From Chiloscyllium plagiosum (Eukaryota), in assembly GCF_004010195.1 (NCBI RefSeq), contig NC_057751.1:7964137-8028136 (forward strand): a stretch of 64,000 bases of DNA, given 5' to 3'. This document shows positions 12,363 to 25,429 of the stretch, piece by piece. A model generated the notes under the pieces. It was given only the letters and a program-made list of their open reading frames with translations, had not been told where the DNA came from and searched no databases. The number at the start of each line of letters is the position of its first letter. The first letter of the stretch is position 1. The position numbers were made by a program, and so were the translations under genes.

Positions 12363-13369
12363 CTTTGGTCAGCATGGACCATTGTGGGCCAAAGGACCTG
12401 TCTTTTGCTTCAGGACTCGATGACCCTATGAAAGCCAGCAGCACAGTACTGCATTATTACACACTGCACTCGCAGAGTCAGCCATGCTTCAACACCGTCG
12501 TCTCTGGTATGGACCATGATCATCAGGCTCACAGCTGACAAACCTCAGCAACTCATGGAGAGAGTCGGGGAGGAAGACATTGTCGGGAACAGTCGCAGTG
12601 GAAGCCAGTGACAGGAGTAACGCAGCCAAGAGCAGCAATACGTTTGGTTGATATTACAAGTCACTGTCAGGTGTCCTTCTGTCGTGCTGGCAGTCTTTGA
12701 GATTAAGGAGACAACTGGAAAAGAACCAGCCAAGTGCTAAAAACCCTGTCAAATGACTACTCGGCTAACAGGGGAGACTTCTAACCTTGCTGGTCTCTTT
12801 GCAGAATCTAATTTCTAAAATGCATTAAAAAAACACAGTTCCCTCATCACAGCCACTTCTCCATTCAAGCTTCTTTTGTCAAATCTAAGATTTGTAACAA
12901 CTACAACATATGGCCACATTTAAAAATGGGTTGGCACAATTTACTGCTCAGTCATAACTCCGATGATGGAAAATGCACTTTGTATAATTAGCACTCCCTT
13001 CGTGTTTAATGCATGTCAAAATCCACTCTGCCTTAGTTCATCTAGATGCAGACAAAATGTTGTCTTATTTTCTTCATGGATACATTCCAAGGTTTATGCT
13101 ATTCCCCTTCTGGTTCCTTATCAGCATTGCTGTCAGTGCAAACCCCTGTTGGGTTTCGGTTCCGTGTGCCCTGAAGCCTACATGGCACCCTCGCTTCCAA
13201 ACCAAGAGACCCACCAGAAATTTGGAACACAAATTTTCAGGTGAATGATCCACCTTTGGGAGGCACCTTCTCTTGAATGACAGCTCTAACCAAGGCCTCT
13301 TCTGAAGTCTTGAGACGTCGATGAGCAGTTACCTCCGCGAAGGTACAACCGCAGCCTTGGTCAGGAAGG

Positions 13370-13590
13370 ACATCCAGGATTTCCACCCAGCGCTGATCTA
13401 CGAACACGAACATGTGCCCAGGGCAGGATGGTGTCTGAGTTGGAGGTTGGTGGTATCTCTGCACAATCCTGTCACCTTTGCGCTTTTGCATGGAATTGGT
13501 CAAGAATTTGGAAGGTGCTACCCAAAGAAGCTTCACAATTTGAGTCAGTGTGTCTTAGAGATGGCACACATTCCTGTCACTGTGCACTGC
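13370..13590 (-). mobile_element. LINE family 2 fragment
   Basis: ccaggattt..acccagcg...tttggaaggtgct matches 37860-38080. Confidence 0.65.
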
Positions 13591-13749
13591 AAGAAAGGGA
13601 GTGATATTTCTGTGGTCTTCTCTCCCTGTCTTTCTCTCTCTTACTAATAAATTGTACGGTCATCCCTTGGAAACATCATGCACTCTCTGTCAGTTATTCA
13701 AATGCAGCAGCCAATCACTTGCAGCAAAGACCCCAAAACGAGACCACTA

Positions 13750-14350
13750 CATGTTGGTGCACAAGTAGGCCATTCAATCCATTGAGGATCTCCTGCCTTT
13801 CAATGAGATCCCAGACTTATCTGATAATCCTCAATACCACTTTCCTACCTTCTACGCCATACCCTTGATTCCCTTCCTGATTAAAGATTTGCTTTGAATA
13901 TAATTAACAGCCAAGTCTCAAAGCCTTCGGTAATAAACAATTCCACAGCCTGTGAGAGACTAAATGTTTCCTCATCTCTGTCCGACCATGGGCAACTCTC
14001 CAACCTGTCCTCTGGTCATAGATTCTCCCCAGAAAGGGGAACAACCTTCTATCTTGTAAGAATTTCATATGTTTCACAAGGTCACCTCTCATTCTTCTAA
14101 ACCCCAAAGAGTACAAGGTAATCCTGCTGAACCTCTCCTCATAAGACAACCCCTCCAAATCCCAAGAGCAACCCAGTGAACCTTCACAGGACTGCCTCCA
14201 AAATCAATACATCTTGCCATATGTAAAGGTCCAAAGCCCATTCACAGTATTTCAGCTGGGATCTGACTAATTCCTTGCACAGATTTAGCAAGGCTGAACT
14301 ATTTTCTTCTTCATACCCTTTAAAAGAAAAGCCCAATATTCAATTTGCTT
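13750..14350 (-). mobile_element. CR1-like LINE 3' fragment
   Basis: ORF 13904..14158 gives MEGLSYEERFSRITLYSLGFRRMRGDL. Confidence 0.88.
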
Positions 14351-16479
14351 CGCTATTAATCCCCGAAATGAATTTAGACTGTGGTGTCAACTTAGGAGCT
14401 GTGCCACAGTTAGTTTCAATTATTCAATTCAAATTTACTTTCTTCAAACTTCTCTTTCACTGTCAAAGCAAAATCTACAACCCGGTGCCCTTCTATCTCA
14501 GTGAAAGACTCGCACGTTCAAGAAAATAACAGAACACGATCTACATTAATCCAATTCTCATTGTGGAATCCAACTTGTCCCGTATGAACATCAGCTGGGA
14601 TCATCAAAACATGCTGGGGCTTGGCAACCGTGGGATAATACAAATGGTGCAATTGTCGCAAAACCGGGGATGAGGTGGGGGATGTAGAGTAGAGGGTCGG
14701 TGCTAAACATGCAAGCGACATCAGTACTCTTAAGATGACATGACAACCAGAATGATTGAGAGAGAAGCATCATAAAAAGCTGTGTCCTGCAAATAAATAA
14801 GTGAATATCAATGAATAGTGATGTTTATCCACAGCCTACTCTCACACCATCTTAAACAAACACAACCCCAAACATAACTTGCTGCTATCATCGCCTGTAC
14901 ATGAATTGAAGGTTTCACATGCAGGTGGATGACCCTCAACGTTACCTCTCTAACACCTCCCTCCATTTTCAACTCTCTTGCATTGATATACTGACATGCT
15001 ATTTGTTTGGTGCAGCTCACTCTTGCCAACACAGCACAGGTAAATGGCCTTCAAGTGGAAGATCGGCGGTGATCTAGTTCAATGGCAGAACAGATTCAAT
15101 GGGCTGAATGGCCTGATCCTGCTGATATTTCCTGTCTCTCTGTGCCAAAATGCTTGAATAAATGGAGAAGCAATTACACTCTCACCTCAGCTTGCAACCT
15201 GCCTCTTGTTCGAGACAGCCTTCTTAAAAGCATTGCCGCTAATACACTACAATGTCAGAGCTGTTGGTAATATTAATCATTAATGCTACCTGCTGTGCCA
15301 AACTCCGATCTAACACACCGTAATTTTTAATCCTTCAATAAAATGTAAATGCACTGAGGCTTATCGTTGACATTGCTGGAAGCGTGACTTCATATTTTAT
15401 ACATTTCCCCATGGGCTAGTGGTCAGTCTCGAATTATACTTTGTCTGTCAGTCAACAACTTGCTAAACAGGGAACAATGCAATTCTGCTCTCGTTCCCTT
15501 TAAACTTACAAATTATTGTTTTGCAGGAAGAGGAAAAGAAAAGTCCTTGGCATTTCAAAATGACCCTCCAGGCAATATAGAACTGAATTATTAAGTTCTG
15601 CAAGGAACAGTTCAGCTGTGCTGATTAAAGGAAATAACCTGAGAGGTCACTAAATCATTATCATGAGTTTTTACGTGTGATTAACTGACAGATACCCAGG
15701 ATCAGTCTATTCTTTGTTTTTTGCTGCCAATTTTCTCTCCTGAAGGTATTTATTCATGCTGCGTTCAATGGCAGCTCTCACAAATAGGTATCTCACTCAG
15801 TGGCCCTTCCTGACTTACGAGCCCATATTTTTACATTACGAACCTTCCCAGATAATTCCTCAGACCGAGACATGCAAACTTCAGAGTGGCACGCACTGAA
15901 CAATCAAGGGCACTGGGTGACGATAATCTCCCCTCGCTCCTGCTGCAAGTCTAACTTGTCACCGGCGCGGGGTACAACTGAGGCGCTGAGCAAAAGATAC
16001 GCTTTGTCCTAGATTGACATCGTGCACTCATCAGGACCATTTGCAAGAAGTACCAAAAAGTGAAGAGAAAGCAGCGTTTATTCTGTGAAAGAGGAAACTG
16101 CTGACTGGTTCGCAAGTGGCCTCCAAACAGTCGAAGCATCACTTAGGGAAAATGCATCTGTCAATGATGACTGACCTGTCACTTCTCTACATCAGAAGCA
16201 CTCACCTCCACTTTGAGCCTACATATGGCGCTGAAATGAACCGACCGCTGGTTGGACAGCCTTGCTGAAGGCATTGATGCTAACTGAACGTTCATGACTG
16301 ACCAAGTTACATTGCTCCGAGACAAGAATTCAATCCATAAGCCCAACCACAGAATACTGCGATGTACAAGCGTATCCCAAAAAGTGATGGCTAACCAAGC
16401 TGATCAGTCCCTGCTCATTGGGTCACTTCCACATCACCAAAAATATGAATTTCACTCCTGCTCACGGGCAAGGAAGAAT

Positions 16480-16700
16480 GTCTTCTTCCAGAGGTAGTGA
16501 ATGCCGAGATTTTTCCAACTCAGAGAGTTCTCGAGCTAAGATCATTGATGGTATTTCACGAAGAGCGAGATAGATTTTTGACATAAGGGAGAGGAAAGGG
16601 CTCTTAGGACCGGGCATGAAAGAGGAGTTAAGGCTTAGGGCAGATCTGTCTGAGTGGCAGGACAGTCTGGAGAGGCCAATTCCTGCTCCTATTTCTTACA
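16480..16700 (+). mobile_element. Old CR1-like 3' fragment
   Basis: ttcttccagaggtagtgaat..gatagatttttg..ttcctgctcctatttc 3' motifs. Confidence 0.65.
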
Positions 16701-19700
16701 TCTTTACATTCAGTCCAAAGGACAGAGCACCCCAGAGTACAAGCCAACTTCCTAATGCCATACCAAGAGACCAGGGACTTGGCCTTTCTCTGCAAAGGAT
16801 GGAAAAACTCCCAAAGCACGACTTAAAAGAAGATCAGGCCATTCACCCCATGCCCTCAACTGGCATCATAGGAAATATTTTCTAATTATCATCACATTGT
16901 CGCACATGGAAGCTTGGTGTTCACAAACTGTCTGTTAACATTCCTACAGCACAACAGTGATTGCATTTCAGAAAGGTATTTCAGTAACAACAAAGTATTT
17001 CGGGACACCACACAGGCACGACATAAATGCAATTGTTCCTTTAAGTCCATCAACCAGCTGTTAAATCAGGAGCAAAGAAATTCTATTGCCATCCTCTTTC
17101 AAGTTTTGAAATAACGACATCGAGTGTTCAGCACAAACAATTAATAAAGGCCAGAGGAAAAAAAAGTATTTGGCAGAATTTCCCCCAGAGTGCCATCACT
17201 AAGATTTTCAGGAGCAATCTTTACATTTAATAAACAGATTAATTAACTAAATGATACTAAAGTTAACTGATTATCTGGCAATTTTGAAATTATCCTGTTT
17301 AAAACTCCCCAGAGACAGGAAACTACAAAGCATCAGCATAACTCTGAAGAAACTCTGCTGAGACAATCTATTGAAGACATTAATGAGCATAGCTGCAATC
17401 GCGGGTCTTGTGGGTGAGGGCACAGATGAGCCATGACCTCAGTGAATGGCAGCAGAAGGGAACTCAAGGAGGGTCAGTGGACACCTCCTGCTCCCCGCAT
17501 TAATCAGACATACATCCAAGCTCAGTTTCTGGATAAGTTAACTTGTCAGATATTCTATTTCTCATCATCCTGTTGACACCATTCTTGACCTCAAGGCTTG
17601 ACCTTGGACCTGATCTCCCCCTCACCCAACATTGTGGCCAGCACGATGTAGAAGCTTGTTGAGTTTTATTTCCTGTTCCTCGCCAGTAATCCATGAAGCC
17701 AATTCCAGTACACTGGCTGTTGCTGAGTGTGGTGGCATCCTGTCATCACTTAGGGAATGAAATTTGTCCTAACTTCCTACGGTTAATTTATTTTCATAAA
17801 TAATCAAAATGGCAATGGATTATGGCGATTGATACACATTTTACTGTGTTTTCATAAATACGTGTAACAATAAATTATCATTGCTCATGCCACCGTGGTT
17901 CAGATCAACCAAATCAGCACATGCCAGGAAGGAACCTGTGATCAGCAGCAAAGGGACAGATACATCTCTACTCCCAGATCTTTCCAGTTCAATGCCAATT
18001 GATGCCATAGAATGTGTAAAATCAACACGGGGCTCTTGTTGAGAAGCTACTCCAGAGTGTATTTCGAATTTGCTGCCAAGTTACAGCTGCCGTTGGTCAA
18101 AATCTTTTCACTAAATTCCCAGTCAATGGCAACTGGATCGTGTACAACCGCAGACCCATTGCGCTCAACACCATGCTGAAATCCCTTGGCAAAGGCTTGA
18201 CCAGATGTTGACTGATGGACACCATGTTCAGAACACCAGAGGCGAAGTCAAGAGAAATCTCCGACATCAAGTGGCAGGTACCACCTGGGGTAGCAGGATG
18301 AATACTCTACCCACTGCTTCACTCAATCTGACCGAACCAACAGCAGGGGACTGCTGCTCAACCTGGCATGGGAACGTGGATTTCCTACCTTGGGATAGAT
18401 TCTCCTCTGGGATGTTGAGACTAACACTGTTTGGGTGGCCCAGCACATACTCAACATTAGTGGAAGAACATCTGCTCCAAAGGACACCACTGCCTGACAA
18501 CCTGGTGAGGCCCTCCTATTAATAAAGCATGAAAGAAGCAAGCGTCAAATGCCTCAAACACGCAAATCCCTATTGGAACACACTCCACGAACTCCAAACC
18601 CGTGCCAGCTCCACCTTCCTGGGGGCACAATTCCTGGTGGACTGCCGCAACCAAACCGCGACTGAGGAACCGGAGCTGACATCTGGGGTTTCAAACCTGC
18701 AAGGAATATCCAGACGATCACTGACCTCGGGGGATGGTACCACTTGTGGAACACCTCAAACGATAGCTGAGACTCTCCAAGTCAGACCACGGCTGTGAGA
18801 CTAACCTGAGAGATCCATCACAGTGTTAAGTGAAGCTACTGAGTGGAATGCGAACCTCAGTGTGGAAATGGTGCCTGGTCCCACAGCTATTCTTGTCAAC
18901 AAGGAGGCAGAAACCCGCTCCACTTGGTTTTTGACATTCTCCAATACAAAGCCTACCGACAAGCATCTCCTTTCACCCCCTCAGTTCTGCTGCCACCAGA
19001 ACACAGGCCCATGTCCTCCTCAAATCCAGATGCAACTCCTTCAGAGCTTTCCTGGCTAGTGCCCAATGCCCCAAGCTCCTTCAGGTTCAGCTCATTGAAA
19101 ACAGTGTGGCCTGCATGAGTAGCATATGGGACATGTCATGCTGATAACCAGGCACCATCAGGATGTATCGGGTCACAGAGAACCGGGGCCTGAAGTCTAC
19201 TGGACCGTGTCTCCGGGCAGACTGGAAATCCATCACCAAGGTTACTAACCTGAAGTGACATGGGTACTCAGACCTCAAAGGTCCAAGACTCCCAGAACCA
19301 TCCCATGCTGTGACACTTCCACAGCATCCTATTCTGCCAGAAGACCATTTGTTCATGATTCTGTTCTCCAACTGGTCCCAGTCTTCTTCTGTCTCAGATT
19401 AAATATTCGTATCATGTTGGACAAATTCCTCCCCGGTTTTGCACTTGAAAATAGGTGTCTCTCTCCATCTCAACAGAGACCCTTTCTTTCGAGCTTGCGG
19501 TTGACAAACTCCCATGTTTTGGGATCTCCTCCATAAACCCCTCTGCTTGCCTCTGCTCCTTGAAGTCTCACTTTCAGCTCTTCTTCCAAACACATGCTCC
19601 TTTGATTCAGCTTTGGGTGCCGTCAAACAAAACTGACTGGTATACCTCGTTTGCCTCACTAGATTTCGACAGAAATACAAATTTGTCTGAGAATCACAAA

Positions 19701-20890
19701 CTTAAGGCCTGTCGCTTTCTCAAGTAGACCTGAACAATCCTCTACAATACTCTTGACAGGACCTTAGCGTGTCATGGACAAGGTACATCAATCTCTACCT
19801 TCAGGAAGGGAAACAGATAAACCAATTACTCTCAACATTGAGTCTTGTGCAGAATGACTGTGCTTTCTGCAGCTAACAATGCACTTTAAAGTCATTAATT
19901 TTTTTTACATCTTCTCTGAGATTTTTCAGAGAAATGTGTTCAGATGCTATTAGATGTAATTCCATTTGACATGTACAGAGCATCTGAGAGCGAAAAGAGA
20001 GTCATCTCAATTTTCCAAGTTGAGAGTCTGAAAACATGAACTTTTCTTAACTCATTAAGAGTAAACTGACCCTGTTGTGTTTTCCTGGTTTTTGGTCTTT
20101 TGGTTAAGTGATGGGCAATACTGTATAATTCTAGACTGTTTAATTGGACACTTCACAAATGTGATCTTCAGATGTACATCAGTACAGGAGCATCATTACA
20201 AATAACTATATCCCCAACGCAATTGAAAAGTCAATTACTGAGCTATCTTTTCAGAAGCCTTGTCTGATAGTTGTTTTTACATGTTCTACTTAAGCTAATT
20301 AATTGGCACTTCAACCTCTGTGTCATTTTAAAGTAATAACATTTCGAAACACGTGTGACAGATAAGCTTTAAAGTAAGGTTTACAATCTTGAAGCTAATT
20401 GATTTCTTTTAATGACTTCTAATGACAGCAAGACACAGGACGGAAACAAGACAGTCATTTCATCTGGTTTGTACATCATTCTGAATCTCCAACATAAGTA
20501 AAAGGAGGCTGCATTTTATTTTGAGTTTCAAGGCTGATGTTTGGTCGGGTTTGAAACCATTGAAAAGGAAGGCTTTGATTTGTGCAGGATCTTGTCACAC
20601 ACTCCACACTATGAATTATTGAGCTGTGCAGTGACAATATCGGCAATTACGGTTGCAATAGCAGGCACAGCACGATCCCACAAAAAATAAGAAAAGAAAA
20701 TCTTTTGTTTTTTTTTACTCATGTGTGCAATGTACCTGTGCCAATAGTTATTGGGGTCCCTCATTGCTCTGGCAAAGGTAGTGGACAACTCCCTTCTTGA
20801 ACCTTCACTTGGTGCAGGTGGGCCCACAATGCCCTTAGGGAGGGAGTTTCAAGGTTTTGGCCCAGCGACAGTGAAGGAACAGCAATACAT

Positions 20891-22520
20891 CCTTTCTAAC
20901 AGGGCTTAAAAAATCAGGAGAATTAAACAGGACAGACTTCCAAAATAAGAAATCAGACGGGTCCAACACACCATACTTCTATGGATTACCAAAACTATAC
21001 AAACTTGGGGCCCCCCTCAGACCCACAGTCTCCTTACCTGATGCACCAACATAAGGGCTAGCTAAGGAATTCCAAAAGAAACTAAAACACCTAACTGAAG
21101 ATTCATGCCTCTCCACTCACTCCGTCCAGGAATTCCTGAACACTATCAAAGACACCAAGATAGAAGAGGATGAAATAATGGCCTCCTTTGATGTTAAAGC
21201 CCTTTTCACATCAATTAACATTGACCTGACCAAAGAAACACTGGCATTACTACGAGGAAAACAAGGACCACACACACCAGACAGCACCAACTTCATCAGC
21301 AAAGACAACATTCTCAAGCTATTGGACCTGTGCCTCACCACCCACTTCACATTCAATAACAAAACCTACAAACAAGTCAACCGAATACCCATGGGATCAC
21401 AAATATCAGGGCTCATAGCAGAAGCAATAATGCAGAGACTTGAACAAGCTGCCCTCTCATCTATCCAACCCAAACTTTGGGTCCGCTACGTGGATGACAC
21501 CTTTGTCATCAGAAAGTGTAACAAATTAGAGGAACCATACAACACCATCAACAATCTCCTGACAGGCATAAAATTCACAAATGAGGAGGAGAATGACAAC
21601 AGACCCCCATTCCTAGATGGGGCAGTTGAACATACAGTTAATAGAGAGCTTCAAAACCAGCGTCTACACCGACCAACTTCAGGAGCAATCATCTCAACAC
21701 CCACAAACAGAGCTGCATCAAGACATTATTTCCATGAGCTACCTCATATTGCAGATGCAAGAACCACAAAAAACCAAAGAAAAATATCTATACAACATTT
21801 TCAAGAAAATCAGATATCCAATATGCACAATCTGCCAATTCCTCAGAAACAAACCCAAACAAACAGACACAATGCAACGAAAAACTATAGCCACATTACC
21901 TTATATCCAAGATGTATCAGAAACGATTCCCAGATTATTCAGATCCCTTGGCATCATGGTAGCCCACAAACCTACCCACACTTAAACAGCGACTAATGAA
22001 ACTAAAGGATCCATTAGATACCACCAGCAAAATGAATGTCATTTACAAGATACCATGCAAGAACTGTAAAAAAAACCCCACTACATTGGACAAACAAGCA
22101 GGAAACTTGCGATCAGGATACACGAACACCAAATGGCCACCAAAAGACACGAACCTCTATCATAAGTTTCTATACATTCAGACAAAGAAGGACATCTCTT
22201 TGACTGGGACAACACATACATCCTAGGACAGGCGAAACAAAGACACGCATGAGAATTCTTAGATGCATGACATTCAAACCACAACTCCATCTATAAAAAC
22301 ATCAACTCAGATCCTATCTACCTTCCCAGAATTGACATTCCCCTCCTTAAGAAACCAAAACCTATAAATAGGGAGTTGGGACATACCACCAGCGCTTCAT
22401 TGGAGACTCTCACTGATGATGTTACTTAGTATGGTGACAAAACGTCTGAAAACAAATCCTCCAGCTCAGCAAACTAATTACATACTTATCATCAACCCGA
22501 GCTACAAATCTTCTCAAAAC
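20891..22520 (+). mobile_element. Penelope-like retroelement (5'-truncated, frameshifted): RT + GIY-YIG endonuclease + terminal repeat
   Basis: SFDVKALFTSI, IPMGSQISGLIAE and WVRYVDDTF (RT). NVIYKIPCKNC..YIGQT..RIHEH (GIY-YIG). Imperfect TSD cagcaataca (20880-20889) / cagccataca (22521-22530). Confidence 0.95.
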
Positions 22521-23320
22521 CAGCCATACACTTCCAAGTCAGGATGGTGACTGGCTTGGAGGGGAAGTTACAGGTCTCCCATTCTGACTTATCCTTCCAG
22601 GTGGCAGAGGTTGCACATTTGGAAGATGATGCTGAAGGAGCCATGATGAGTTATTACAGTGCTTCTTATAGATGCTCCATGCTACTGCCAGTGTGCGTCA
22701 GTAGTGGAGGGATTGAGTGTGGACAGTAGTGGATGTGATGTGTATCATCTGGCTGATCTGTCCTGAAAAGTGTCAAACTTGAGTATTGTTGAAGCTGCAT
22801 TCATCCAGACAAGAGTACAGCATTCCATCAAACTCCTGACTTGAGTCTTGGAGATGCTGGGGAGTCAGGTGGTGCATTATTTGCTGCAGAATTTCTAGCC
22901 TCTGACCTGCTCTTCACACCACAGTAGTTAAACAGTTGGTCCAGTTGAGTTTCTCATCAATGACAATCCTCACGATATTATCAGTAAGGTATTCAAGGAT
23001 GGCAATTCCAATGAATGTCAGTGATGGTTAGATTCCCTCGACGTGGTGTAAATGTTACTTGCTATGTATCAGCTCAATCCTGATATTGTCAAATTCTTGC
23101 CGCATTTGGGCAAAGACTGCTTCAGTCTCTGCAGGGCCAAGAACATTAAGGGGTCATTGGCAAACACCCCACTTCTGACTTTTTGATAGTTATTGACAAA
23201 TCAGCTGATGATCTTTGGGTCAAGGACACAACACTGAAGTAATTTGGCATAATTGTCCTGGAGCTGAGATTATTGACCTCCAACTGTGTTACATCTAACG
23301 TCAAGCAGTGGATAGCTTTC

Positions 23321-23688
23321 CCCGTTTCTGACTGTTTTCAGTTTTCAAGGGCTCCTTAAAACCACATTCATGAAAATGCTGCCTTTATGTGCTGGAAGAG
23401 CCTGGCAAGGAGTAAGGTGTTTTTTTTTTTAAGTACAGGTCTTCAGGAATATTGCCATAAATTTGTGAGGGCCCAGTGACTTCAGCCAATTAGTGGGCGG
23501 CACCCGTTTCTGACTGTTTTCAGTTTTCAAGGGCTCCTTAAAACCACATTCATGAAAATGCTGCCTTTATGTGCTGGAAGAGCCTGGCAAGGAGTAAGGT
23601 GTTTTTTTTAAGCACAGGTCTTCAGGAATATTGCCATAAATTTGTGAAGGTCCAGAGAGTGTGCAGCACCCAGTGACTTCAGCCAATT
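23321..23688. repeat. Local tandem duplication of ~170-185 bp
   Basis: Copy 1 at 23321-23491 and copy 2 at 23503-23688, separated by agtgggcggca. Confidence 0.92.
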
Positions 23689-24309
23689 CTGCATGTTATT
23701 GTCAAATTGCATTGGGTGTAGATTGGCATCTGTAATACTGAGGTCCTATGGGGGAGGCTAACGTGTATGGTCCACCTGGCACTTCCACCTGGAGTCAGGG
23801 ATGCAACTACCTCAGCCTTGTCACTTCCATGAATCTGTTGGGCTCTTTAATGACCCAGTATTGGGGAAGGGATATGGCAGTACTGCAGACCTTAGATCTT
23901 ATTGTTAAATCTTGGGATCGCTTATCTGTCTAATGTATGCGCTTTCCATGACATGGCGTGGAACTAGTCTTCTACTGGAGTTTCACCAGGTTGACAATTC
24001 AATTGTAGATATGGCTAGTACTTCTCCGAGCAATGCCCTCCTGCGCTATTGTTTGTACCAGGTTAGAACCCTTGCTAATGGTAGAGCGGGGAAATGCTGG
24101 GAAGCGAGATTGCAAATTGTAATGTACTACAATTCAGCTCTTCTTGAACCACAGCACCTCATGGATGCCCAGTCTACAGTTGCAACCTTTGTTCAACATC
24201 CATCCCACTCAGCACATTGATGGTGCCAATATGATGGAGCGGTATCTGCAATTTGAAAATGGGACTTAGTCTCCATCAGGACTGCTCAGTGAACACTCCT
24301 TCCAAAACT

Positions 24310-24556
24310 AGAATCATAGAATCCCTACAGTGTGGAAGCAGACCATTTGGCCCACCAAGTCCACACTGCCCTTCTGAAGAACATCCCATCCAGAGCCACA
24401 CCCTACCCTATGCCTGCAACTCTGCATTCCCCATGGCCAATGTCCCGAGCCTGCTCATCTTTGGACTATGGGAGGAAATCCACGCATACACAGGGAGAAC
24501 GTGCAAACTCCACACGGACAGTTGCCTGAGACTGGAATCAAACCCAGGTCCCTGGC
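24310..24556 (-). mobile_element. HE1-type SINE
   Basis: Reverse-complement HE1 body (gtgcaaactccacac, cccaggtccctggc) and tail (agaatcatagaatccctacag). Confidence 0.88.
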
Positions 24557-25152
24557 AAGGACAAATACATATAAGCCAGGAAGATGGATGAGGACTAGGT
24601 CGTGGATGTTTTTACGAACTTGACGGTTCCCTCACCACCTGCCACAGACAACGTCTAGCAGCAACATTCTTCAGGACCCAACCAACACGGTCAGCAGTGG
24701 CATGACTAAGCCACTCTTGGTGGTGGACGTTGAAATTCCCTGCCCAGAATATGGTCTACATTCTTCTTAATCTCAGTGTTTCCTTCTGATGTTGCCCAAC
24801 TTGGAGGGACACTGTTTTTTGTTCACCTGAGGCGAGATGGTCTGTGGTAATCAGCAGGCTGCTTCTTCGCCCGTCTTAATTTGATCCTGTGAGACTCCAC
24901 AAGTTCCAGAGCTGATTTTGAGGACAACTTAACTCCCCAGTGTATGCCACTGTGCCGGTCCTGTCAGTGGGATTAATGTGGTTACTGATGCATTGGTCAA
25001 TGTGGTTTTGTTCCTTTTATCAGGCCTCATGTTGGTGAGACACAACTGCGTTACTTTCAAAATCACTTCAAATGGCATTTCAGGGTTAACCAGATTGTTG
25101 AGGATCTGTCATCACGTGTACTCCAGTCCAGGTGAGTATAGCAGATTTTCCA

Positions 25153-25429
25153 AACACCTTCTTGACGAACACTGTCCGATCGACTGGTGTACGCTCCTCC
25201 ACCTTCTTGACAGACACCCTGACGGTGTTTCGAACCCCCTGCCCAGGGCTGCGCGCCGCTGTTGAGGCCATAGCTCTGAGGTTGGCTGGTCCCTGAATTG
25301 GCGTTAGGCCGAAGCCAGCATGAAGATCCACCAATAGCAGGTCAGCACAACCAAACGATCCTCTAACGTCCAGTCACGATCCAGCGATGATCTCCACTAG
25401 CTCTGATGACTCGCAACTCGACCCCTGTC
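25153..25429 (-). mobile_element. 5'UTR and ORF1 N-terminus of a Tx1-clade (Keno-like) non-LTR retrotransposon
   Basis: The ATG at 25271 opens MASTAARSPGQGVRNTVRVSVKKVEERTPVDRTVFVKKV, which resembles the N-terminus of Tx1/ZCCHC3-like ORF1 proteins. CpG-rich and directly downstream of a U2 fragment. Confidence 0.75.

Larger units (their letters stand above)
20700..24970 (-). mobile_element. Long decayed LINE family 2 copy hosting Penelope and SINE insertions
   Basis: The 3' end at ~20.7 kb (gggagggagtttcaagg..cccagcgacagtgaaggaac) continues seamlessly at 22531 (cttccaagtcaggatggtg), as in the uninterrupted copy at 37850-37930. The far boundary is approximate. Confidence 0.7.

Noticed and set aside
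18170-19700. Cluster of overlapping ORFs, including a minus frame 19680-19087 with one stop
   Set aside because: No recognisable motif or convincing splice sites. Could be an old unclassified repeat; left unannotated.
21178-21996. 272-aa RT ORF as a functional or domesticated gene
   Set aside because: Frameshifts after the RT core, upstream stops and 5' truncation mark it as a dead Penelope copy.
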